DNA of 62,275 nucleotides, counting the filler, from Sphacelaria rigidula (Eukaryota), in NCBI GenBank assembly GCA_964200075.2. It is 10 parts of 10 records of this genome, joined end to end, with 100 filler letters (N's around TTAATTAATTAA, not from the genome) between each part and the next. Parts side by side here need not be neighbours in the genome. Positions count along the whole stretch, not along the records: positions 24,953 to 31,090 come from CAXNAA020021992.1; positions 31,191 to 37,327 come from CAXNAA020021993.1; 8 more parts are not named here. The stretch is one strand, 5' to 3'. Below are positions 25,101-36,575 of this stretch, in pieces. Below the pieces are notes generated by a model. The model ran no database searches. It saw only the letters and a list, made by a program, of their open reading frames with translations, and was not told where the DNA came from. Every line of letters begins with the position of its first letter. Within the stretch, counting starts at the first letter, position 1. Position numbers and translations under genes: made by a program.

Positions 25101-25310
25101 CAAGTGGTAGTGGCATGATCACCTCTCAGGGTGACCTCCACCCACCCTATACAACTGTAAGGGGCCGTACTGTACTCTGTGGTGTCTTGTACTGATATGT
25201 GCGTGGCAACAACCCGGCGGGCCCAGATCATCCCGTTTCTATGTAGGCGTTGTATCTTCCATGAGAAAATTATTCCGTCTGCCCCTCGCCCGCCCCTCTA
25301 GGCCTCTTTA

Positions 25311-25602
25311 CCAACTGGTCGGAAAAAATGGTTGACGCGAATAATGAGGTGCCTCCTACACACCTCGAACCCTAACCCTGACCACGACGAAGACTCGGGC
25401 GAGGGGGGTGCAAAGTGCTCCTTAGGCACAGTGTGGGTTTCCAGAGCTCAAATAGATGCCTTTTAGCCGATTTTGGAACAAAACACGTTCTGGACAAGCT
25501 GGGTCTACTGCTCACCTGTATCTGTTGGTGGTTTCATCCATCGCCCCGACTAACACTAAAACGGGTATGTTATAATTTCAACCATTTTTTCCGACCAGTT
25601 GG
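25311..25602. mobile_element. Tc1/mariner-type MITE
   Basis: Perfect TIR CCAACTGGTCGGAAAAAATGGTTGA, flanked by TA on both sides. Confidence 0.8.
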
Positions 25603-26701
25603 TAACGTCTGTTGCCCCACTCTCCGACAAGCCAAGTCAACAAAAGGTCACGTGCACGACTCGGCGCTATGAGCGTTGACTACTTCAGACCCCGAGGAGT
25701 TTGTGTTCCGAGAATCCGGCATGACGATTCCGCGGATATTTGGAGGATGACAAATCTATGCCTTGATGGCCATTTCAGAAAGCCCGTGGGCGCTAGATCA
25801 GAGAGAGCTACAAACTCTTTGTTTTGACAGTATGGTATGGTAAGCGTAGCTGTCTATGTCCCGATTGAGCGAGCGGGTTGGAGTCGCGTCTACACCACAC
25901 AGCATAGCACACGGAGAGGTATCGGCAGAAGGCTGCTCCGACACAACGGCCGCACCCGCAATACCTTCATACCCCGACATTGCTATCCTGTGTTCTGGAC
26001 TGTATAATGTACCGGCTACAATAATATACGTAGGACACGGATATGTGTGAATTAACCCTGTGACAGCAAGCGTAGGTCATCTGCTGAACTGGCTTCAATT
26101 CCAGTTGGAAAAAGTATGCATGGTGCAGATAAACTACCCTCCCGGCCAACGACCCGGCGGGCCCAGAGCCCCCGTTTCGATTCGATCGATGCATTTGTCA
26201 CCGGAACGACTATTCCGAACCTTCCCCCCCAATTCTTATGCAAAAATAAATTCATCTGCACTACTGGACGCTATGAGGGTCAAAGGACCTGGGATAAAAG
26301 GAAAACTGGTACTGTACTGTGCCGTTCAGGGTTCCATCTTGGTGCAGTTTGGTCGACCCGGCGATCGACCGCACTATCGCGGGACCACGACTGTACTGCG
26401 CACGTCGCTGGCACAATGGCATCTCTAGTACATCTTATACTTGGCACTCATGTACCCTTCCTCACACAAAAGGATGCGGCCGAGCTCGAGTCGAGATGCC
26501 TACGTAGACTACAGGGGATGAAATGAATTGATCTCTTCAGATCACGTACTCGTCGCAAGGAAGGGGAGGGATTGCATGTGTGAGAGAACCTTGAGAGAAC
26601 GCAAACATAAAAACTGATGTCACAAAATCTAGAATAGAAATGTTTGCATCACATCCCATACATCACAACCGACGCTTCGTGGCCCTTCGTTCCATACACA
26701 C

Positions 26702-27188
26702 CTTGGCCGACGGGATTGTCCACCAGCCGATACATATCCTGTATCCTCCTCCGATAGGCACATCCCACGCTATTCTCCGAGGTCGGCGTGGTCAAACACA
26801 ACACCTTCGCCAGCTCACGAACCGCAGCTGACGCCACACTCCCATTACCACCCCCCTCATGGCCGCAGCCTTCAAACAGTAGCACCGCAGTTACTGCACC
26901 CGCCGCCGCCGCCGCCACCGCCGCTGCCGCTGTCGCCACTACAGAAAACTCCGCCTTCGATTTCCACGAATCCCCTAGGCCCGAACCCCATACCTTAAGT
27001 TGCTTTTTTACAGGGGCACTACTGTCTATGCGGATCCCTGTAGAGGCAGTGCGGGAACGCTGGAGAATCAATGATTCGCTAATGCGCATCTGCTTATTGC
27101 AAATACTTACGGCGGCGAGAGTTTTAGAAGAAGTAAGTCCTGTGTGTAGCACATGGCGGGGACCGCGCCGGCTTGCGATTGTGAGCAT
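26702..27188 (-). CDS. First exon of a probable Ser/Thr kinase with an organellar leader
   Basis: ATG at 27188; R/S/T-rich acid-poor N-terminus; Ala-rich hydrophobic stretch; ends IQDMYRLVDNPVGQG|gtgtgt, which looks like the start of kinase subdomain I. Later exons not found. Confidence 0.5.
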
Positions 27189-27583
27189 GACACTCGCAGC
27201 TCTCGGGGCACCCCGTTCGTGTGTACGAACGCTGTATTGGATAATTGTTTTTTGTCATTTATTTCGTTTTCGTAGTTGCTTTTACTTTTATATCAGACCC
27301 GGAGTCACACGATGGATGTGAAGATATATACGCGCCAAAACTTGGCCACTCGGTGTCCGACACTGTGCGCATCACTCCACTTTGGCATGGAGATAGTCTT
27401 GGGTACTGTGTTTTAGCTAGAGATGAGCGACGGATGCTAAAAAGTAAACAAGAATCTCGATACATAATGATAGATTATGACCGTATTCAGAATACTTTGA
27501 TCTTCCTGGTATCCACATCACCTGTCCAGCCGGGCTGTGTACTGTCCGGCACTATCCTCTCTTCACACGTTGAGGCACAGATT

Positions 27584-27881
27584 ATGCCACAATGCCGCCC
27601 CACTGTTGTCGACAATCAAAATGCAACATATATACACGCATTTTCTCTACACCATCTATCCTGTCCAGCTTTATTGACACTGTTACTGTTGTCGATGTTG
27701 ATGCGGTCACCATGCAACACCTGTCACGCGACAACTCTCGTTGCCGCGCGGTTCGACGGGGGTGTTGTGATCGGCGCAGACTCGAGAACAAGTCAGGGCA
27801 GCTTCGTGGCAAACCGACTAACGGACAAAATCAGCTTGGTATATCCAGGGATATTTCTCGCTAGATCAGGCAGCTCGGCCG
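27584..27881 (+). CDS. 20S proteasome beta1 (PSMB6/PRE3)-like Ntn hydrolase, first exon, with hydrophobic leader
   Basis: [34 protein letters not shown]...ARSGSSA|gtgagt carries Thr1 (27731), Asp17, Lys33, Arg45 and Gly47. The start codon is inferred. Confidence 0.88.
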
Positions 27882-28187
27882 GTGAGTGAGAGAGAAGTTC
27901 TCGTGAGGTGTTGGTGTGCTGCCGATGCTACAATAGACAGACCTCTCCGGTGGGGATTCAGCCTACTATTATGCCGACTACTATACCATCATGGTGTTGT
28001 ACATGATCCCATGGCGGTTTTCGCTCGTGTTGTGTTGAAGAAAATGGGGACCGTGGATAAAGTACGGTAGCTGGTACAAGGAAGCCGGTCCGCACTGTAA
28101 TTATGTATTAGTATGACTGCACATCTCTACGTTGCATTACCCCGACAAATCTGTTTCAAATATTCAAGGGCAAAGAAGGAGATGCAT

Positions 28188-30323
28188 CAAGGGGCCCGAT
28201 GTAAGGCGGTGTGAATAAGGCGCTAGACCCGATATAAGGCGGCTGAAATCTGCGCGCACAACTCAGACTCGGAACAACGTGGCCACCGCCTTATTCCGGG
28301 CCGGGCCCTGTACAAGGCGGTAATTCTCTGTCTCAAAACCGATATAAGGCGGTAAACATCTTCGCATCAATACAATACGCCCTCGATGAAGCACCTGTAG
28401 TACCTCTCTGACACAAGGGACCCAAGCGAGCGAACAAGCAACGTGTCTATTACGTGATGATATATGATGTCTCTGAAGAGTGAGGTAGGATGCTATCACT
28501 CGACGCTTGATCGAAGAAAAGCCTAAGCTCGAGTAAGAGGGTAATGAAATGTGACTGTCATTTGAGGGTCCAAAGTAATGCTCGAGACGAGTTCAGTCTA
28601 CACTGTGAAATTCAAAAAGGGTTGAACTGTACCAGAAGAATCCAAGCTTTAGTGGAAAGCTGTAGTGAAGTAATCGGGTGATGCTATCACTTGTGGATTG
28701 GCATGTTCGAGAAAATTGCTCGTTAAAGTATAGACTACGCTGTGCGGAAGTTGAAATATGAGAAAATTTTGTCAAAACAGGGCTCACGTTTGAGACAGGG
28801 CGTAGCGGAGTGCAATACTGTACTGTCGTTTTTGAGAGTTGGTGACATACGAGGGGGCGTGCTTGCAATACGCGCAACCTGATGGTAAATTGGTCGTTTT
28901 TAGTCACGAAGTATACACATGGAGCTGCATGTCGTGTAAACTGACCGTGGGTGCGGGTTGTTCGGAGGCAGATGTTCTTACTTTTGCATGTAATAACTCA
29001 AGGGTAGGTCGAGTAGAGTATACTCAATACTCAGTATTTTTGAAGAGTCATAATTTTAGTACTCAAATTTTGAGTAGAGTACTGAAGGTCGTACTCAACC
29101 TACTCGATTATTCGAGTAGAGTATTTGAGATCATACTCAATCTACTCGAAATTTGAGTAGAGTATTGAGGTCATACTCAAGTGATACTCTATACTCAAGT
29201 ATTACTGACAGTGCTTACTCAAAATTTGAATAGAGTATCTCAGGTCGTACTCGATCTACTCAAAATTCGAGTGGAGTATCGGAGATTGTACTCAACGTAC
29301 TCAAAATTTTAGTAGAGTCTTGAGGTCATACTCAAGTGATACTCTATACTCAAGTATTACTGAGAGTGCTTACTCAATATTTGAGTAGAGTTTTGGAGGT
29401 CGTACTCGACCTACTCAAAAGTACATACTCTACTCGACCTACCCTTGTAATAATTCTCCCCATGTGAGCTAAAATACGGGCAGGTACTGTCCCTCCGCCT
29501 TACTCCCAACTCTCCCAACTCTTCGGCCCTCTCGAGAGGGCAGCGGGGGAGTCTGCCAATCTCGAAGCCGCGTTCCTCCCTCAGAAGAAGGCCAAAATGG
29601 CTACGATCAAAGCTCACGCATCTAAACCCGTGCGGCAGTCGGATATGACGGAGTTCATGTAGGCAAATGGATGGATTCTTGGAGCCGTTGTCTTGCATAG
29701 AGGAAGGGTTACTGCAACGAGTATGAAATACTTTTGATCTACAAGCGCCGCGGGAAGCAGAGCTTAACCCGTATCCAAGGGCCAAGCTCAATGGACGCAG
29801 CTCGAATGATTTTTTCTTCGGTGCTACAGTTTACTTTATAGCCATGACGTGGATCCATGTCGGCTGTTTTTTTCAGTTCTGTTCTTCACGAAGGTATCAT
29901 TATCGTTGTTCCTCTCATCAGCACCCAAGAGTAAGTGTTGGTTCGGACAAGTTAGTCTTGTACGGTATCGCATGTAATGTACCGTACAAACACTGCCAGC
30001 AGGATCGTTTGCATCAGGTTTCAAGTATATACCGCCGCAGAAATTATCAGGTTCAAACAGTTGGTATTCAGCCTCCTTCTACCCGCGTGAATACACGATG
30101 AGTGGCCATAGTCTATTCTGTACCCAACGACGTGCCGTGGGGATATATCCCCTGCACTGGCAACCTCTCCTGGCTTTTGCTGACCTTGAATAAGGCGGTC
30201 ACTGCCTTAATGATATCAGACCCTGAATAAGGCGGCGAATAATTTCAGGAATAAGGCGGCAGCCCGATATAAGGCAGTAACCCTCCCCACGCACACCACC
30301 GCCCTATATCGGGCCCCCTACTG
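28188..30323. mobile_element. Probable non-autonomous TIR transposon with ATAAGGCGG subterminal repeats
   Basis: Left end GGGGCCCGATGTAAGGCGGTG is inverted against right end CACCGCCCTATATCGGGCCCC; clusters of TAAGGCGG at 28200-28355 and 30190-30280. Confidence 0.6.
28999..29447. mobile_element. hAT-type MITE with an internal ~40-bp tandem array
   Basis: Perfect 23-bp TIR CAAGGGTAGGTCGAGTAGAGTAT; 8-bp TSD TAATAACT/TAATAATT. Confidence 0.9.
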
Positions 30324-30390
30324 TGTGCCTTTTTGGTTTTGTCCATTTCAAGGTACAGTGCCCGGCGAGTTTTTACTCCTATACGTGTGA

Positions 30391-30748
30391 ATGTGTTGCC
30401 ATCCTATCTATTCTGGACGACAGGCCTCACGTTTTGGTACAGTATACGTGGGCACATCAGTTGGGGTCACACAGGAGAAAGGTCAACACAGTTTTTGTTG
30501 TTGTTGTTGTTGGCATTGTGTTTTAGTACTCCACCTTGCTCCTGAGGTGCTTGCCTTCCTCTTTATCTCGAGAATGGCTCAGCGGTCCCTTTTCCTCGTC
30601 GACCGTGAAGTAATGTGTTCCCACGACATGGTCGCTCTCCGCTGTTGGGTATCATGTGAGGAAAAATCCCGGATCGTGTGACTTTACCGATATTCGAATC
30701 AGCGTCCCAACCGTCAGAAGGTTGCAAATGAGCCACCGGAGCGACCGT
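30391..30748 (-). mobile_element. SINE family A, diverged full-length copy
   Basis: Reverse complement aligns with 934-1305, including the head (CCGGTGGCTCA, GATTCGAAT). Confidence 0.8.
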
Positions 30749-31519
30749 AGGAGTGGAGAGAAGAAAATGCCGTGTTGATTCGAGTCCAGGAATTCCGAAA
30801 TTCACAGCATTCTTGAACCAGCAGGGTTCACCACTTGTTCGATTAGAACCTTCCCGGAATTTTATGACGTGATTTTGAGTCGAAACACCGATATTCAGAT
30901 CTCAGTGGCACTGACAGCCCTAACTGCACCTATCGTGCTCAGAACGCGTTTTCATCAAAATCGGCGCCTGTCTGCCAACGCTACACTTTGCCTAGGGAAC
31001 GCTTCGCCCACCCCCCTAACGGTAAAATGGTCAGTAGTTCGAAGGGAAAGAGTGAAGTGCTAGTCGAGCACTACCGTAAACTAGGAACACNNNNNNNNNN
31101 NNNNNNNNNNNNNNNNNNNNNNNNNNNNNNNNNNTTAATTAATTAANNNNNNNNNNNNNNNNNNNNNNNNNNNNNNNNNNNNNNNNNNNNAATGTTTTTT
31201 TCATGAGTTTAAAATACCCTAACTCATGAAAAAAAAACATTTTGGTACCGCAGTCATTTTTTTTATGCCCTATGCATTGTCCATACCAAATTTCAGGGTC
31301 CACCTCTAAATGTATAAAAGAGGATGGGCCTTCGAACTTCAAATCCGCCTCTAGGCTGGCCCAGCTCGTAAACCTCTTCGTCATATCCTGCCCCCGGGAC
31401 TCGTGTCACCATCCGCACACAGCGGAAAATATTGCACTTAAAACTGTGATCTGTGCCGTTACCTAATGCGAGCAACGATGACCGGTCCTCATGTACCTTG
31501 GCTATCGATCTCATTGAGC

Positions 31520-33265
31520 GTGGCGGCGGAAGCCGCCGAACCCCTTGTATACATACAGCTGCGACGGAGCACGCCGTGTTTTCGCCGGACCAGGTTTGCT
31601 TTCTACAATTATTGGGTATGAGTGTAGTTTCTGCGCAAGACCTTTTCCACCGAAGCCATGTGGCGGAGGCCGTCCATTTCTAGTTTTCATTTTTTTTTTC
31701 TTTCGTCTTTGTTGTTTTATGTTTTGTTTTGTTTCGTTTTGTCTTGTTTTTCCCATGTCGACTTTATTTTCTCAGCCTACTTCGTCTGTTGTACCTGCTT
31801 TCTGCTTTCTTCACTTTTCTTCAGCGAGTGTTTCAATTTTGTTTGGTGTCGGGTACGTCCATAATGTGGGTAATGACCATGGCTGGATCATGACTCGTGG
31901 GGGATCAGTGAAAGTGCGACAATGAAGCAATCAATCAAAGGCTCGCAGTCACCGAACGCGAAGCGCCGTGATGTCTTTGCGAATCGCATGAGGGGTGAGC
32001 TGCACCCTACTAAGACTGTTCGGCCCGAAGCATACTAATTATCTTGCACATGGATGGCAACCTCGAATGAATTGCTTCATTTTCTGGTATCACCACTTCC
32101 AGAAACAGCCACGGGTTAGACGCTGCCTATTGGGTTCCTCACTATTCGGACACTACGTAGTACGATGATTCTCGTCGCGCGGAATTGAGGTTCTCCACCC
32201 AGCACAATATGATCTCACTCGACCACCATCATGGTTCCCGCAAAAAACTGCAAGAGAAAAACCCCCGGTAACCTGGTTGCCTAGCGTATGCAGTGTGTGG
32301 CGTGTTTCATAACATCGTTGCCAGCCGACGCCAACCCTCAGAAGGAAAACACGGGCCGCGCCGGGGGGGTCCTCAGTTTTTGCTTGCCTTAGTCGTTTGA
32401 CTGTTGACAATGCATCCCTTTCGAGACGGAGCACCGTTCCTACTCCTAATAAAGACACCTCCAATATTTAGGCGTTCATTACGTTTCTTCCATACATTAC
32501 ACAAAAACCTTCCACTTATCTTCTCCTCGTCCTGTTTCGCCTTCTGTGGCCACCATCCATCTTCTAATGTAGCCATCGTTTTCTCGCTACTGTCTAATGC
32601 ATCAAACGAATTAATGCCATCTTCGTTCACGTCTCGCATTTCCCCCTCTAGCACGTCCCGTTGTTCCTTATATAGTTCACATTCTGCCACGATGTGACTT
32701 CTGCTCTCTACTGCTTTGCCACAGTGGCAATTCTGTGCATCTGTTTCCTCCCCCTCTCGACGACTGGTAAATTTTCTTCTTTCTGGCAGGTCTAGGTCCC
32801 CCACCCGGTATCGCAGTTTCATATTTTTCGCAGCGTCCATGGGGCCATGCAAATGTGCTTTCATCCCTATCCCCTCTCTCAACCACCCGTATATCTCCAG
32901 GTGTTCTTCCTCGTCTACTTCGCGTCTGAGTGCTCCTTTCCCCCTTATTATATCGTGTCTTTTACTTTTGTCTTGTACCCCGCGCCTTCACCTATGAGCA
33001 GTATTTCGTCTTGGTTTTCTCTCATCTCCTTCCATACTTTCTTCACTTCTCTGTCCCATCTTGTTCCAGCCCGCCCTTTCGTGATTTTCTTCCATACAGC
33101 CTTATCAAATATAGCTGAAAACCTCTTTCTCTGCATGTTCTTTACGCTATGACTGTTTCCGACTTCTTCACCAACTTCGCGTTCCCCTCCCATACCTCTC
33201 CTGCACATTCCAGCTTTGGTACAATCACGTTAATCAGGATACATATCTTAATCCTAGTATCTAGG
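31520..33265 (-). mobile_element. 5'-truncated LINE: ORF2 C-terminus with CCHC knuckle plus long 3' UTR, interrupted by family C
   Basis: ORF 32373-32882 with CHCGKAVESRSHIVAEC; frameshifted upstream part; 3' UTR colinear with 37940-38430; four related copies in the window. Confidence 0.8.
31601..31938 (+). mobile_element. Retroposon family C with (AATC)n-like tail
   Basis: Homologous to 38704-39000 (-); tail fragments at about 2120-2190 and 4878-4950; degenerate flanking duplication AGGTTTGC/AGGCTCGC. Confidence 0.65.
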
Positions 33266-33275
33266 TCGTTATTTT

Positions 33276-33317
33276 GTTGTTATTGTTGTTGTTGTTGTTG
33301 TTGTTTGTTGTTGTTGT

Positions 33318-33353
<36 letters not shown>

Positions 33354-33362
33354 GTTGTTGTT
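33276..33362. repeat. (GTT)n microsatellite
   Basis: Direct inspection. Confidence 0.95.
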
Positions 33363-33859
33363 ATCGGAGGAGGGATGTTCATGGATACACGGTTTCGCGG
33401 GCAAGTGCAATGCTAAGGGTATTGTTGTTATAGGAGAGGGAGGGATCTGTTTTGCGGATATGGGAAAATATCCCTCTTGCGTGCGAAGATCTGTTGGGAC
33501 CCTTCCTCGTTGTCCACAACAGTACATATACAGCCGAGTATAGCAACAAATCTTTCCTTCAACTCTCAAGTTTTATCGTTGTCAATGGTCCCCTCTATTT
33601 CGCAACCACCATTCATGAGCTGCCTGCATGCTCGCACTTTTTGTGCTCCAAGAGGGTTTGTCCCCACATTCCTTGAACTATTATCTCGAGACCAAAACGT
33701 TAAACCGCGCCGCCGGTGGAATATGCCCCACTCCGATGGTGGAGTTGATACAAATGACGCCAGTCAAATGGGGGAGTTGCTGTTCGACCCCCGGTACATG
33801 CATCTTTTTCTTCCCTGAGAGGTATCGTAACTCTTTGGTTGAAGGCGTGACGCCGTAGC

Positions 33860-34030
33860 TAGCGAGGTAAGTTTTATTTGACAAGAGTCGACGCCGTGCG
33901 AGAGTGTTTGGTCATGATCCAATCCGCGATAACAAAATGTGAGGCGTGTCTCGGGGGAGACAGGAGTTGATACCTCGAGGTCACAGATTCTTCCTGAGGA
34001 AGGCAGGGGGGTTGAGAGTGTGATAAACAC
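33860..34030 (+). mobile_element. SINE family B, old 3' fragment
   Basis: Similar to 3125-3280 (CCAATCCGCGA..ACAAAATGT.AGGCGTGT...TCCTGAGGAAGG). Confidence 0.6.
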
Positions 34031-34471
34031 GCACATACATATACTGATGTTGGTGGTTTCGCTTTGTTTTGTGCACGTTGGTCATCACCCCCGATCACTC
34101 TGTCGGAGGGCGATGGCGATCCTCACCCCATTGGATGCCAGAGTTCAAAGATCGATCAATCTTGGATGAACCCCTCACTGGAAGTATATTTGATAAAATA
34201 TCTATTTTACATACTCCTATATACAATCAAAGGAGTAATGGGTTGGGTTTCACGGAATACACGTTTCCTATGTCATTGGGGATAGTTGGTGCTCCACAGC
34301 AGAGTGAGGCTGTTCAGCAATATCGTTAGGATTACCGGTGTTGGAGGTCAGGTGGCGATATTGTTCCGAAAGGAGGTCTGGCGCTCAAGGCATCAATACA
34401 CGAAACTCTCCCACGATGCGTTCGGTTTCTTGTCCCTGCCCTCCAAAGAAGCAGATCGAGCGCAACTGCTG

Positions 34472-34711
34472 ATGGCACGAGATCATGACGGGTTCGCACG
34501 GCTGAGTCCTGCGTCGAGCCTGTCTACCCGATTGTTGCTGTCGGCAGCTGTCGTCTTTACGGCATCGTCCGCCAACACAACATCTGACGCATTTGGCACC
34601 AGTATAGGAGGCGTCGGCTCGTTGGGTGTTCTTGAATCTCGGAGCAACATGAAGGATGGTCGCGGTAGCAGTAGCATGCGGTGGCTCGCGGGCGCGGCTT
34701 CTCGGCAAAAG
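34472..34711 (+). CDS. First exon, bipartite plastid-type leader
   Basis: MARD...RLLLSAAVVFTASSANTTSDAF, a signal peptide followed by an ASAF-like motif; aag|gtgcga donor in phase 0. Confidence 0.6.
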
Positions 34712-35253
34712 GTGCGATTTTTACCACCACTTGTGACCAAACTCGGTGGAGACCTTCAAGGCCGGCTATCACTGTGTTACTGTACCCAAACGGTCGGGAA
34801 CTCGGGCCTCGTGTCAATGGCTCCTGGTGACTACAGCTGGTGGGCTCAATTAACCCTCATCACGTCAAACAATATGGCATGTTGGCTATAATAATAGGGA
34901 GAGTACCCACTTGTGTTGCACTTTCAGAGTAAGAGAGGTACGTTTGCACGGTTTATTTGAACCGCAAATGGACACTGTACCATGTGCCGAACTGAGGGTT
35001 CAGGCATCCCGAAGTTTGCGCAGCTGGTTATTTTTTCCACGGCAAAAACGTCTACTTTTGTGACCCGCGGTCGGATGCGTGGCGGACAGGTCAACACACA
35101 ATGTGAGGTGTGAGACAACAGTCAGTCAGGAATCAACCCAGTCAAGCGTGCTACTTGACAGCACCGACCCTTGTCAGATTCACCTGCCAGCTTCAATCCT
35201 CTTCGTGATGCCAATCGGCACTTCCATGCACCACGATTCCCCGTACCAAACAG

Positions 35254-35568
35254 CCACCATGGGAAGTGCTTAGCTCCCGACAACAACCACTGCCGGTTAG
35301 TAGCGACCAGAGCTGTTTCAGGCCGGTCCCGCAACGACCATTGGCTGTGGGTGGCCGTGTGGCACCGTCGTCTGCGGCGACGGTAGCGCGCAGGCAACGC
35401 GGAGGAGCCACAGTGATGTCCGCATCGCCGCTGACTTCGCTCGTGCGACCTGATGTTCTTGGGGCGTCTGCGCGGGCGGTCGCCGAGCTCTTCAGTTGTT
35501 GCCTTTTAGGCGTGATGGCGTCAAAGCTGGGAATCCTGGGACCTGTGAACGTCAACGCTCTCTCCAAG
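35254..35568 (+). CDS. Auxin efflux carrier family (AEC/PILS-like) transporter, exon 2
   Basis: aaacag| acceptor in phase 0; transit-peptide-like R/S/A-rich stretch, then ASARAVAELFSCCLLGVMASKLGILGPVNVNALSK|gtgggt, resembling TM1 and its loop in AEC/PILS proteins. Confidence 0.62.
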
Positions 35569-36257
35569 GTGGGTAAGAGGGATAACGATCTCGGGTCGCA
35601 GCGAGACAGGGAGGAGAAGGGGGGGAGGAGATACTCGCAGAGACAAACACAGTGACCCAGGACATGGCATTTAGAACACGTTTCGAGCAGAAGTTGCCTT
35701 CATGCTTGCTCGGTTATAAACCTAACTTTCACTCTCGACTTCTGGATCATAACAACTAGTGGTTTTGAGCCGACAAAAAATCTACTTGCAGCAGGGGAGC
35801 GTACTGCTGTGAAGCCCACACCTGCGAAAGAACCGAGCAGAAAAAAAAAGGGCATTTAAGATACTTGCGTCAAGCGAGTCGTTCCTTGATTGCGTTATGT
35901 GGAAGAAAATATGATGGGTTGTGATGCTGTTGGGTGTGCTTACTGGGCACGAAGCCTAGCTTTTGGATTGCTTCGTCTGATGTTTCTCCCGACAACGCTC
36001 GTATACGCGTGTGTTCTGTACAGAATTTTCACCGCGGATTGGTGCTGCGGTAGGGGTACACAAATATATTCTGAGGTTCGAATTGTTGGGAGCCCTCTAT
36101 CTCATCCAGAAAACAACGTACGAAATACGTGCGAGCACGCCACGATAATTTTTATTTATTTTTCTATTTATTTTCAAAAGTGTCGCCGCCGATTTTTCGC
36201 TCGAAGCTTTATACTTGGGGCCTGAAAATTTGAGAAGAGGTGCGAATCGACCACTTC

Positions 36258-36575
36258 TTTCATTTTTTTATTTGTCGCACTTCGAACCCCCCCCCCCCGC
36301 CTCCCTCGGGACGAGTCCGTGGTCTCAAGGGACCAGCCCATCTATCTCTACCCGGTACACGCCTTGCATTTCGGTTTCTCGGATTTGATCAGCACTCCCT
36401 CACCGCGTCAACTCACGTCAAACAAACACAGTCAACTACTTTGTTTACTCACGTTGTCACGCTTTCCACGGTGGAAATCAGGTACTACGAAGAAAGAACC
36501 CAACGCATCGGGAATCGAACGCCGGTTCTCTTCACCCTAATGGCGACAGTCGGACCATTACACCACCGAGGCGAG
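36258..36575 (-). mobile_element. SINE family B, intact copy
   Basis: Minus strand has A-box TGGTGTAATGG, B-box GTTCGATTCC and an A-rich tail. Confidence 0.85.

Noticed and set aside
28999..29447. CRISPR-like array of palindromic repeats
   Set aside because: No unique spacers; it is enclosed by TIRs and an 8-bp TSD; eukaryotic context and no cas genes
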